64,000 nucleotides of DNA from Phoronis australis (Eukaryota; Animalia; Phoronida), in contig NMRA01000408.1 in assembly GCA_002633005.1 (NCBI GenBank), forward strand, positions 310,001 through 374,000, written 5' to 3'. The notes beneath the pieces were generated by a model. The model ran no database searches. It was given only the letters and a program-made list of their open reading frames with translations, and was not told the DNA's origin. Shown piece after piece: positions 25,310 to 37,232 of the stretch. Position 1 is the stretch's first letter. Each line of letters starts with the position of its first letter. The translations under genes and the position numbers were made by a program.

Positions 25310-26515
25310 ATGACCAGTATCCAATTTAAAAACGATCAGATGGTATTTGTAAACCACTGTACCATCTACGTATGCAATATGAAGTCAAACAAGGTCCAAA
25401 TCTTGGAAAACAAATCGATAATGCCATCCGTAGCCCAAGCCACCCAAAAGACTCAAGAAGCCGGTTCTTTAAAAATTCTGACATCGAGATTCTCTCGGTC
25501 GGGCCGCTATTTTGCTTTCTGTGATGATTACAAACAGTTAGTTTTGTATAAAACTGGTCAGACATGGGAATACGTTAACACATGGATTGTTGTGAAAAGA
25601 TGTCTCGCTGTAGCCTACACAGCAGATGAAGATGAAATTCTAGTGGCGGATAAGTGTGGTGATGTTTACAGTTTTAGCATCAAATGTGTAAATGCTGGTT
25701 CAGAGGCACACTCAACTTTTGAAAAGACCGCAACCAAAACACCTTTGATGGGTCACTTATCAAGTGTGCTGGACATGGTGTTCACAAAATCCCCAAATTA
25801 TCTGATTACGTGTGATCGCAATGAGAAAATAAGAATTGGGAGATACCCCAACCTTTATAACATACATGAATTTTGCCTTGGCCATTTAGAGTATGTTGTG
25901 AGACTTCTTTATTTGGAATCCAGCAATGTCCTACTATCAACTGGAGGTGACAACACGCTACGTTGCTGGAAGGTTGAAACTGGGGAAGGCCTTGCCTGCC
26001 ATCCGTTAACGAAGGGTGATCAACCTCTGCAGGAGAAAACAGTGGATTGTCTTGATGTTGTCAGGTCAACCATAGCTTACTGCTGTTTGAATGACATCAT
26101 TGCTGTGTCACGAAGGGATTCCAAAAGTGTTGATATTCTTCAACTGGTTATAGGTGAATCGGCACAGTTCAAGCCCATTCAAGTGATTCAAATGTCACAT
26201 GATGTTGTAGATATTACATTCGATGACAATGGAAAAATTTGGGTGTTGAGGCAAGCCCCTGATGAACCATTTGTTGTGTATTCTTTACAGAAAGATGATT
26301 TACTGTATACTGTTGACAAGTCCCATACACACAATGTAGAATTTGTAAAGTTCGTGAAGACAAGTTTGAAAGAATACCCCACTGATGTGTTTGACTCTAA
26401 CTTCAATCCTGCTAAAAGATGGGAGTCTTCTAATAATGAATCCGGCGGAAGAACAGAGTTGAAACGGAAGTGCGAGGATGAAACAAATGAACAAACTGCA
26501 AAAATAGCAAAGTGA
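25310..26515 (+). CDS. WDR4: tRNA (guanine-N7)-methyltransferase non-catalytic subunit WDR4/Trm82, single-exon ORF of 401 aa
   Basis: Uninterrupted ORF with WDR4-diagnostic motifs FAFCDDYKQL, ILVADKCGDVYSF, LMGHLSSVLDM, ITCDRNEKIRIGRYPNLYNIHEFCLGHLEYV, LLSTGGDNTLRCW. Confidence 0.92.
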   Translation: MTSIQFKNDQMVFVNHCTIYVCNMKSNKVQILENKSIMPSVAQATQKTQEAGSLKILTSRFSRSGRYFAFCDDYKQLVLYKTGQTWEYVNTWIVVKRCLAVAYTADEDEILVADKCGDVYSFSIKCVNAGSEAHSTFEKTATKTPLMGHLSSVLDMVFTKSPNYLITCDRNEKIRIGRYPNLYNIHEFCLGHLEYVVRLLYLESSNVLLSTGGDNTLRCWKVETGEGLACHPLTKGDQPLQEKTVDCLDVVRSTIAYCCLNDIIAVSRRDSKSVDILQLVIGESAQFKPIQVIQMSHDVVDITFDDNGKIWVLRQAPDEPFVVYSLQKDDLLYTVDKSHTHNVEFVKFVKTSLKEYPTDVFDSNFNPAKRWESSNNESGGRTELKRKCEDETNEQTAKIAK

Positions 26516-26939
26516 ATAATTAGAATATGACTGACCTTATAAAATTGGCCATCAAGAGTTTGAAGGGACAATGTTTTCTTCTACCAGCATTATGAAAAAA
26601 TTAGGAAATTCTCATCCTGAAAGATACTGAAAATCTCATTGTATTCCAGTGATATTCCAGTGAGAATCTAACTAATTTACATAGCATTCCCACTCAGTGA
26701 GAATTCTTACCGAAAATCTCACTGTCACTAAGTGATAATTCTCACTGGGTGGCATTTTGAATATTTTCCCCAGTACATGCATTTTAGCCTTTGAAATTAG
26801 ATGATAGTTCAAAGTTTTATTGGTAACCAAGTTGCTACTCATTCTTGTGAGTTTATCTTGAAATTTGACTAAAGGTACAATTTAATTGCAGTGATTAACA
26901 TGGTGAAATACAGCAAACTTAAACTAACAATTTAAACAG

Positions 26940-27172
26940 CATGCGCGCATCCAGGGGGCTCAAATGAGCCCCCCAATTGGCGAAGTGGGCAAAAAGGTCC
27001 GCCCCAAGAGACAAAAAGTCTGAGAAAATGGGAAAAAGTCCACTAAATAAGCGCAAAGTCGCAATTCACAGAGGTGCTCCCATTTTTTTTAGTCCGCCTG
27101 CTCTTTTGTTAGCAAATGGTCCACAATGTCAGAAATTGGAGCCCCCCATATCGAAGGCTGGGTGCGCGCATG
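26940..27172. mobile_element. CATG-terminated MITE, family copy 2
   Basis: TIR catgcgcgcatccag / ctgggtgcgcgcatg with perfect 5-bp flanking duplication AACAG. Confidence 0.85.
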
Positions 27173-27464
27173 AACAGCAAATAAAAACTCAACTGCAACA
27201 CAAAGTGATGCTTCATTCACTCTATTAAATGTATGGAATGTACTAATCCTTCAGTTTGTTAATGCGCAACTTAGTCCTGCATCCCCTCTGGTTGAATTAC
27301 ATAGACAAACTGTTCAGTAATTTCACAATATTTATGAGAAAAACATCAGCAATCTAATTCTCTACTTCATATCAACTGTTCATTCCTGGGGCCATTTTAG
27401 TTTGAATTCAGAAAATCTTGTCCAACTGAAATTTCAGCAGGAACAGCCAATAAATGTGCTTATT

Positions 27465-27620
27465 CAGTGGCAGATTTAGAGGCGGTCCAAGGGGGCCATG
27501 GCGCCCCTAAAATTCTCCCAGATTACATTTGGGAGTTCGAGGGTGCGAATGTCTGACTGGAAAAATCCTGGCTGATACCCTGTCCTGGCCCCCCAACTCA
27601 AAATCCGGGATCCGCCCCTG
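27465..27620. mobile_element. Short hAT-type MITE (cagtggcagat...atccgcccctg)
   Basis: Imperfect CAG-terminated inverted ends; related copy at about 53245-53385. Confidence 0.6.
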
Positions 27621-28429
27621 TTGTTTATCCTAAAATCTCACTGAATTCTCACTCTAATTTTTGCAAGTTCGAATTCTCGCTCTAATTGTCAGTGGATTCT
27701 CACTGTCAATTTGTCTAAGTCTAAAGTTCTCACTAAATTCCCACTACTTTTCTCACCACCCACTGGCTCCTTCAAATTTTCACTGGATTCGTATACTTGC
27801 ATTTCTCACTCAAATGGTTCTCTTAGTCAGAATATCGCTTGATCCTCGTTGGAATCCAGTCAATTTGTTCCCCCTTCGGGACTTGCTCGACATTGCAACG
27901 GACATTATTTTGTCTTTCCCCGAGGTGCTCAGTTTTAATCGAGGCGAGAACACTACACCTGCCAGCAAAATGGTATCTAGCGATCACTCAGTCAAATTGC
28001 CGGGAAATGATTTCTGGACTTCATGAGAGAAGAAAAGATGACATTTATTTTCGAGACCATGTTTTAAGAGTTGGGTCGCCAGGGGGCATCATTGTATGAG
28101 TAGAGCATAGTCCCAACTAATTAGCTGTCTCATCTTGGCATATTCAAATCACTTCTGGTCAAAATCAAATGATCTGTTCTTGGACGGAACGCAGGTTCAT
28201 AGCCGTTTTAAAAGAAAGCATTGTAGGCTTGGAATAATTAGCAACTAATCGAGAGACCCTTCCAATCGAGAGTTTTGATAGCGGTATAAAACATTGTCTA
28301 TAGAGTGCTTCTCCGCCAGGATTACAAGTACCTTGAATGGGACTGGCTGGTCTGAAACATTAACGTGTACTACCTGCCAGGTGTTCACAAGGTAGAAGTC
28401 AGTTGAAATCTGAGTAAGGAACTACTTAA

Positions 28430-29630
28430 TGAGTGAGTTCAATCAATTTATTTCACTGCTTAGGCCTCTAGTCCAGATATACTTGTATGGAAGTAGCGGC
28501 TAGTACTACAAACGTGGTTGGTAAATACAGACAATTAAACTATGCACAATAAAAACTTGGTGAATAAAACTAGCAAAGTTCCAAACGTTGCAAGACTTCA
28601 TCAAATAAATGAAGGAATCACAATAGAATTTACTAATATTGCGACAAATACCAAACTTTTCCCTAAGATCTTCATGGTACTGGTCACTCTAATAAAACGT
28701 GATTTTTTCATCCTCAACAGTGTCAAAGCCAACGGATCAGAAACGCTGATCTCTAGCTATACCCAAGTTTCTTACAGTTTCGATTTTTAGTTTATGATTT
28801 GAACATCTAAAACGTGGAAGACCTTTTGTCTAGACATCTTACATATTCTTCTAAGAGGCAATATTCCGTCCAGCCATTGCTGTTCGTCTATGTCTTTACA
28901 CCTTTGTTTTAATTCGTGTACAAAAAAAATCTTCGCTTGACTGACCCAAACAATACTAGACCCATGCAGTCCTAAAAAGTAGGGTTTTTACGCGGAGACC
29001 CCAGCTTTCACGATTTCGTTCTGCAAAGTCATGCTGGACCTTAGAACATGAGAAGGTATATCTATTATGAGGCAATTTCAACATTTTCAACCAATATTTA
29101 ATAATCCTAGTAAACCTCCTTGACACCATTGTAGACCTGCCCAGCTCACCCCTGACTGCTGAATTAGGGGCACCTCGCCCAAAACCTAACACTAATTTAC
29201 AAAACTTATTTTGAAGAATATCGACAATTGGGCCGTTATGAAAACCCCTCACTTCCGAACCATACTAATAACAATAGGGTATATTTTAATATCGAACAAT
29301 TGTAAACAAATATTTACAGGAACACTTTTGAATTGTGACAAATACCTTTTCAACAAAAACGAGGCCTGTTGAACACTGCGCGGGTCCCACAAGACTTACT
29401 GAGAAAGTACAGCCTACCCGCAATACCTGGAGTGGTACTGTACACTGTTACCTTCATGTCAATATGGTGCCACCTCGGGTTCATTCCTTGTATTGTGGGG
29501 CTGTATTTAAAGCGGACTAGCGACCAAACCTCAGCGCCCGCTACAACGACTCTTACAAGGGCCAAACAAATCTTCAGAAACGAGTTGTTCGTTTTTTAAT
29601 AAACGCATTACAAGTACACTGTATGTTTAT
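28430..29630 (-). mobile_element. 5'-truncated, decayed non-LTR retrotransposon (RT C-terminal region)
   Basis: Broken frames reading ...NKFCKLVLGFGRGAPNSAVRGELGR...RIIKYWLKML, typical of the post-RT region of LINEs; AATAAA on minus near 28447. Confidence 0.8.
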
Positions 29631-30482
29631 TGGGCAAGACAACTTTATTATGCACCAGTCAGATTCATGTTTCAACCGTGTGGAGTATAATAGCATGGGA
29701 AGGCATGACAGATGAGGTGAAAACTTTGCACGCCGATTCACCTGAATACCAGTGTTGCGGTAGGCCTACAGCAAATCACAAGGAAATAAATTATACTTTT
29801 TTGGTGAACCTCAACCCCTCAATTCGTCGAGGTGGTTTACTTNNNNNNNNNNNNNNNNNNNNNNNNNNNNNNNNNNNNNNNNNNNNNNNNNNNNNNNNNN
29901 NNNNNNNGGTGTCTGCTGAAAACGCCATGTCGGCTGCGTTTTTTCTTTTTTGCCGGAGTGGGTGGGTGGGTGTGTGGGTGGGTGGGTGTCTTGGCCCCTT
30001 CCTGAATTTGCCTTTTTTGGATAGAGGTCAGTTTATGCAGACTTGTCAAGTGTCCAAATCATCACAAATCCAGAAACCACTTGTCAATGTGTAAGAATTA
30101 TTTTATGTCCTGTTCAGTTTCATTGCGGTGTCTGTATTTTCTTGAAAAAAAATGCCAATAGGGCAGGTTTAACAGCAAGATATAATGATAGGTGAACTAA
30201 ACTATTTACAGCATTGTGTAAACCTAGCTTCAAACGACAGTGCTTATAACATTTTGGTTTAATCATACCTACCCCCACCTGTTCTGTGTTTTGCACACCG
30301 TCAATCCAGCTCCTGGAAGGTACGGCAATAAAGCTTAAAAAATTTTGAGACGGGTTTTCAGAAAACACTAAGAAATACAATAGGCTACTGAGTTTTTGCA
30401 GCCTGTTTGCGCGGCGATATAGGCAATGTCTGCTCGTGAACTCTTTTGTTGTGATCACATCATAATGATTTGGCGGACTTAA

Positions 30483-31454
30483 ACAGTACACACCATGGAT
30501 TTTTGCACATTTTGAATTACCGGTGGCCACAGACCAAATGCATGACGTAAAATTTAGCTAAACTCATGTTTATTTTGTGTAATTAGCTCGAAATTTCAAT
30601 TTTTCTTTCAATTTTGCCAATTTTCACATTTCCCGCCACGTGACGTCATGGGTTGAACACAAGAGATCAGTGACTAGCATTGAACAATGGCAGAGAGCAG
30701 TGAATTTGAAAGCGACGACGATTATGAGCAAGAAATGAATGAATACTATGAAGAAACGTACGGGAATGGTGGCCAGGATGATGAAATGGGGTTGCACGAA
30801 AGCGAGAACAAGTTTGATGTGCTTCCGGCTGCGTACATGTACTTCAAGTTCTACTTTGAGCCTTACGAACTGGATCCTCCCGCGAGAGAAGCGGCCTCGG
30901 GCTCGGCGAGTCAACGCAGTCACCCAACAGACGATCCTGAATTAAGAGCCGATGTTTCTGAATGATAAATATTGTCCTTTATTGAACCAGGCCTTCATCG
31001 TAACATCTCCTTTGACTGCAGTCGAAACACGAGTCCTCAAAGTGGGCAAAACGCAGAGTGGCCCCGGACCGAATCGCTTGGTCCACGATGAGGTCCCACA
31101 CTCTCGTTCGGCGCACGAAGCGATGCCACTTCTGCGCAACTTTGGTGTCCTTCGGAACACCGAGACGTTCTCCGCCTGGCTGCTGTTGCTGCAGCCTCCG
31201 GCAACACATCTTTTGATCCCTCTACGAACCTTCTCGACGCTAAATGTACTTTGCTTTCACTTCGCTCTATACACTTTGTCTCTGATCCGAACAGTATGGC
31301 GAACGACTTGGGTTCAACCCATGAAGTTGTACATATTTATTATTTTTTCAATTTTTGCGTGTTTCTTTATGAGCTGTGCACTATAGGCACTGAAATCAAG
31401 TAAGATATAATAATAAAATTTATTTTGAGGTACTAGAGTCATGTTGTGTACACT
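30483..31454. mobile_element. Kolobok-like non-autonomous DNA transposon with convergent gene stubs
   Basis: TTAA at both flanks (30479-30482, 31455-31458); ends acagtacacaccatg / catgttgtgtacact; acidic ...YFEPY... stub on plus (30687-30965) and frameshifted THAP on minus (about 31015-31212). Confidence 0.7.
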
Positions 31455-32042
31455 TTAAACAACTTTGTTGCAGAAATACATTGATATGTCACAGTTGTGA
31501 CAGATTGCAAACGAAATCAATATCGCGCACGATGTGTTCTATCGCCAGAAAGGGAACACGCATAATTTTAATTCAGACCATACCGTATTCGACCATTTTA
31601 GCGCTCATCTTCCCTGGAGAGTGAAAGATAAGACCACACCGGATTCAGCCTATCTGAGAGAGAGCGTGTTTCTAGCAAGGGAAACTTGTCAACTAGAGAC
31701 AACGTAAAGTGCAGATGGACTCTTCATAAACGTACACAATCATTACTGTTTTGAGGAAAAAGCACTCGTGCCCTCGTAAAACAAAATTGTGCTAAAAATG
31801 AAAACATGCAACTACCCAGTAATTAGTGTCTGGACCCGGCTCTTTCAATTTCCCAACCACGGCTGATTCTTTGATAGGTATTTTAATATTCAGCAAATAG
31901 TTCGTTGTTTTGTTACAGGACTCGTGTAAGTGGTCGATTTTCGTTGTCTTAAGCAAGCTAAGCAGCTAAACGGGACAGAGTGGCAACTCCGCTTAGTAAA
32001 TGCAGTGGATTGTTTGTCAAAACACCTTAAACCATCTTGATT

Positions 32043-32277
32043 CATATGCGCACCCAGGGGCCCACATCTGCCGGCGAAAAGGGCCAATCAGATCCGCCTC
32101 AGAGAAACAAAAACTCTGAAAAAAGTAGAAAACGTGACAAAAATTCGCTAAAAAGGCAGGAACTACCAAAATTCGGAGAAAGTACAATTCATAACTCTGA
32201 ATGTACCCCGTGAATTTTAGTAAGGTCTACATTCTCAAACATTCGAGCCCCCCATTTTTAGGCTGGGTGCGCGCAAG
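32043..32277. mobile_element. CATG-terminated MITE, degenerate family copy 3
   Basis: gcgcacccagggg...gagccccc...aggctgggtgcgcgca matches the other copies. Confidence 0.6.
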
Positions 32278-32736
32278 TGTTCGTTTACGAGTAACACTGC
32301 GATTCCTGGGGCCGATTACATCATTAGCTCGTCTTCTCTGAAAATGTGAACTGGTAAACTACCCTTTTGACTCCCCGTGGGCGAGGCATTACTATGACAA
32401 TTAGCGGAGCGTGGTAACAAACTAGTTTCCGTTCAATAGGTGTTCAGCCAACCAGTATTCTACTGAGATTGATACATAACTCGTGATTTCCTTTGTGCAC
32501 TTGCCTCACGTTGTGTAAGCCGTGATACTTTACAAGTTGCCTTTATTTTGAGTAAATAGGCCCAGTGAGCCTAACCGCTTGCTCTAGCCCAGGGGCTGTT
32601 ACCTCAAAAGCCGTTGCGCAATGGAACTTCACCACTTGAACTATCTGACCGACGTCTCTGAAAGTGCCATTCTTGAGTGATATGCATGTGTGTGGTTAGG
32701 CCTTTCTACCAAATTTTGTTTCAAGGCTATAAACAC

Positions 32737-35700
32737 ATGCAGAAAAACTGCGAATCTAAGGTAAGAATCGCGCGCTTGAGCTTAAAGTTAAACTGAAAAG
32801 CGAATTCGACATACGGTGAAAGTTATAAAGCTCGAGTGAAACCGAAGGAAACATAGACAGGTTATCAATTGAAGCAAATCTTGTTAATCCCTAATGTATG
32901 TTCAGGGTTGTTCAATTTAAAGCTACATCTCGCCATGTTTAGCTGGTTAAAGAACAAAAGTCGAATTACTAGGTCTTTTATTATCACAACATGATGTCGG
33001 ATGGACATTCCTTGATGTCACATGCTTTACAAAATTACTCATCTTAAACGTAATGATGCGCTTTTTCAAATTCGCAATTCTAATGAGTCTGAAGCGTTTT
33101 CTTGAATAGCTGGTGATTTACGATTGCTTACGGACGTAGAATCCTGCCACGACAAGGAGTATTATGAGAACGATCGACTTCATGCGAGTGAAAGACCGAA
33201 TACGATTTTGTTTTTAGCCAAATACTGATACAATGCAAAATGCAGCGTCAAGTGGCGTAGTCCATGTATGATACGCCGTAACAATTAACAGTTACATTTT
33301 ACGTTGTTAGGCCTCTCCTTACAAATAACAAGTTGTTACAATTTATAACATAGAAAATAAATCTGAAACTAAATGAGTTGATCCAGATCCTCTGAAGGAT
33401 ACTATTGTTTGACGAAATGTAGAATAAATGTATGTAATTAAAACTGAAAGTTTCGGATATAATCATATCCTTTGTCAACAGAACCAGTCTAGAAATAGAA
33501 TAAAATTAAACACGATATGACAAATGACATCTGGGCCCGGAATCTAATTTTTGTACTCCAAACGAACTCGAAATTACTTTTGGTCACTTCTCTGTTACTT
33601 CTTGCGAACTCAAGATAAGTGGTTATTAGTCTGTGCTCGAATACATTATAGTTTACGCATATGAGCTCCTAGTTCAAGTTTGCACTTGAAGACCCTAATG
33701 TTCGTACTAAAAACTCGAGTAAAAACTCGAAATTTCGAGTTCAGACTCAAACTTTTAGCTTTGATCTTGGGTTTATCAACTGCAAACTAGGACTAAAAAA
33801 TTATCCACGTAAGTCATTATATACTCGAGCATAAAATAATAGACACTTATCTTGAGTTCGCACAAAAGTAGAGTAGAAAATGCCAAACGTGTGCGGATGG
33901 GCATAGCTGTCTTACAACATCTCTTGTGGCGCTTTTTATTGCCCATATTACCAGAGATTACCTATTATATAGTATTTACCTGTATTCATTTTATTGCAAT
34001 TGTACTAGTCATAATAAATGACCTTATATCGCCTACCTCGGTCTCCTTTTCATCTCTGGTAACGAGCTTGCGACGCACGTATCATTTATTTATTATTCGG
34101 GACGTATGTCGATCATAAAATTTAAGAAGTCTTTATTGTTTAATCCATCGGTTTCAAATGTGTTAAGCTTATCTGTACAAATTGTTCTCTTTTGAGACTG
34201 TGAGGGGTACTGGGTTACTGAAGTTTTTCTATTATTTGTACAGAAAGATCTTGTAGATTATGGTTTTTGGAATTGATACGTATAGTATCAGGTATGTTTT
34301 TTATGTGTTATGCTAAATCTATGGTTGCGAAACCGAGTTTGTGGATTATGTTGAGTTTGTCCTACGTATTGGACGGAACAATGTCTACATGTTACTATGT
34401 ATTTGACATTGTTGGTCGTGCAGTTTTCAGAATAATGTTTTATTTCGAAGTTTCCATTGATTTGAGAAGACTGGAAGAAAGTATTGTCGTTGATAAAGTT
34501 ACGCATTTTGCATCTAGATTTGTTATATTGTGTGTTGCAAATATGTTTGTCAGTTTGGTTTTTAGTGTCCCTGTTTGCTCCAACTGAATAATTATTTAAA
34601 CTTTGATATTTTCTCCAAGAAATTATTGGTGTATGAGGAAATTGCTTTTTCATTTGAGGGGAAATACGCAGAGTGGAAAGATGTTTTCTGAAGACGTGGC
34701 TAATTCCGTTTAAGCATGAATTGAGCATGGTTATGAAAGGTATTCTATAATTAGTATTGAGGTCTTTCGTTTTAGTTCTTAAAGATTCATTTCCTGCGAT
34801 TGAGCGGATTTTGTCAAACTATTTGTGTATAAGTTGTAAGGGGAAATGACGTTGAAGTAAGTAATGCTTGAGTGCTTTTAAGCGGTAGTTAAAGGCAGTT
34901 TTTTCTGAACAATGCGTCGGATTCTAAGTGCAAGGCTATATAGAAAGTTTTTCTTACAGTGAAAGGGATGCCATGTCCTTGAGTGATGTGGCAGATATTG
35001 GTGTTTGTCAGTTTCTTTACAGAATAAGTCCGTTCCTAGTTTATCATGGCTAAGGATGACAGTGTCATCTAAAAATTAGATTTTTTTGAGGAATGTCATG
35101 AGTGAACTTTATCGTGGGAAGAAATTTGTTAACATTTTCTAGGAATACATGTAATTTTTGTGGGCCATGGGTTCAGATCATATCATTGATGACAATTTTA
35201 TTATAGGTAAGACTTATGGGAAAGTCACTCGGCGACGTACAAGTAATATGATTATGAAATGTGTGAAAAGCGAAGATACATCTATTGCCGCAGTCCCTGG
35301 GTCCAGGGGGTTGTGGGTCGTGGGGGTTGTGGGTCGAGGAGGTCTTGGGTCGAGAGGATCAAGGGGTCGAAGGGGTTTTAGAACAATCCCATCTATTCTT
35401 CTCTTCCTATGCCACCCCACACCAGCTCTCCAACTACCCCAAACTTTCCCACTTCCCGGATCTTCAGTCGATCATGTTGTAGATTTTACGGATTCAACTG
35501 GAAACAAAATTGTTCCGGCTGAAGCGGGCCAATTGAAAACAAAATTGTTCCCGATGGCCAAAAAGATATGAAAGATATCCGCCAAAACAGTTACACGTAT
35601 AGACGGAGTTTTCCAGAAGAAATCGTATTAAAATAACATTTCTTATTCACCCTAATAAGCGCCCATGCCCTGTAAGCGTCCCCACGCGTTTTTAGACTGC

Positions 35701-37232
35701 TAAAATACGAGTCCCCCAGTCCATGAACGCCGTGTACATGCGAAAATGCCTTACCTACAGTTCTAAAATTCTAAAGTAACGTCCTGAAAAAATCATTGTG
35801 CGCTGAATTTGCAGACCACGAGCCTCGTCGCTATGTCAGTATTTGGCCGTGACTATACACTTCAAACTTCCGTCGTACTTCAAAAAGAACGCAAAAGTTT
35901 TGCTGATCTTGCGAGGGACGTGTCCTACTATGGTCGGGAATTCCGGAACAGACGCAGCGTACTTGGTATACTGGTTTGGGCCATGTCAATGTCTCGTGAG
36001 ATTGTCCCTTCGTGTGAACGACACGTTAAAAAATTTGCAGGTCCATATTCCCCCATGAATCCTTACCGAATCGATGTCTTTGTAGCTTTCGAGACGTGTC
36101 GAAACTTTTACCACAAAGGCTGCAACCGTGTTCTTTCATTGCTTAAAAATAAGAGTTAATATGAAGACGAATCCGAATCTGAATTTAAAAAACATAGAGG
36201 AAAACGTCCAACACAGTCCTGTAAAAGGATGACTGCTCTCTCTTAGTCGCTTTCACGGAGGTCGTTGTAAATATCGTCCGCGACCTTTACTCGTTCAAAA
36301 AACGAAAATGCCTCAATGAGATGGCGATCAGCTCTGTAAAAGATCGTCACATTGTTGTGCAATTGTTAAAGGCGAAGGCAACCTTTTTCCATGTCATTTT
36401 GAGCTAAAATAAGGTTGGTTGGTTATCCTAGACATATATTTTTCACTTAATTACAGCTTTTCGTAATTTTATTAATTATTCGTCCGCTTTTCCGGAAGTG
36501 ACGTTTTAGGAGGCAAGCGCTTCCCGCCAATTTCTTTTCACATAGTCTGACTGTGAGAGCTGCCGAGTCAGTCATTGTTCTACCTCGGTTGTGTTAAGTT
36601 CCGTCGTTGTTCGCTTTCATTTACTAGTCAGTCAACATGCCACACTGTTGCTGCGTACCGGGATGTAGTAATTATCGGCTCACGCGCGCTTTGGGAGTGC
36701 CTTTGCATCGCTTTCCGATGGATGACACACTTCGCCGTACTTGGCTCGTTCGTGTGAAGAACGCAGCGTTACCCGTCCACGCAACGTACAAAGCAGTGGA
36801 GAATTACCGTGTGTGTGGCAAGCACTTTCTGCCGTCCGATTACGAAAGGGATNACGATTTTTAAGACACTACAGTAGCATATAGCAAATTAAAACAAAAA
36901 CATAATCACCCTGCGGTAACATGGTGGCAGATATGTTTATAGGTCACTGCCAGTTCGCTTTTGTAACCAAGAAGTAGCGAAACATAATTGTTTTGCGCGT
37001 TTGCATTTCTATTCTGACCGTTTCGTTCACGATTCGTAAAGCGCAATTGGTTTTACTTAATTATTAATGGCACACGCGTTATCTTCAATGCGCACTACTA
37101 CTTCATAAGTTATTTATACTTCAATTATAGGGTCTACTAATTTACTCAAATTGCATTGTCAAACCTCTTTAAAATTAAGCCGGACGATGAGCAAAGAAAG
37201 TCCGCGATTGGGCTGAATATTTCAGAAACATG
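32737..37232 (+). CDS. Candidate 5' coding exons of the LRR/EF-hand gene (32737-32760 and 37180-37232)
   Basis: ATG...AAG|gtaaga (phase 0) and aag|CCG...TG|gtataa join in frame to exon 38512 (TG+G=Trp), giving a 552-aa model; supported only by splice sites and phase, not by homology. Confidence 0.35.
34120..35295 (-). mobile_element. Decayed Penelope-like retroelement (RT plus C-terminal GIY-YIG endonuclease)
   Basis: Broken frames give IDVSSLFTH, FLENVNKFLPTIKFT, TDLFCKETDKHQYL, YSLALRIRR, CTTNNVKYIVTCRHCSVQYVGQT...RFRNH, and KLNTFETDGLNNKD. Confidence 0.88.
35989..36139 (-). pseudogene. Decayed tandem C2H2 zinc-finger fragment
   Basis: MKEHGCSLCGKSFDTSRKLQRH then, after a frameshift, WTCKFFNVSFTRRDNLTRH*. 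Confidence 0.6.
36637..36864 (+). pseudogene. Stand-alone THAP-domain ORF (75 aa), probably a transposon remnant
   Basis: MPHCCCVPGCSN...LHRFPMD...W...YRVCGKHF has the full C2CH THAP signature; ORF stops right after it and contains one N. Confidence 0.75.

Noticed and set aside
26188-26571. 127-aa ORF antisense to WDR4
   Set aside because: Shadow ORF with no recognisable motif.
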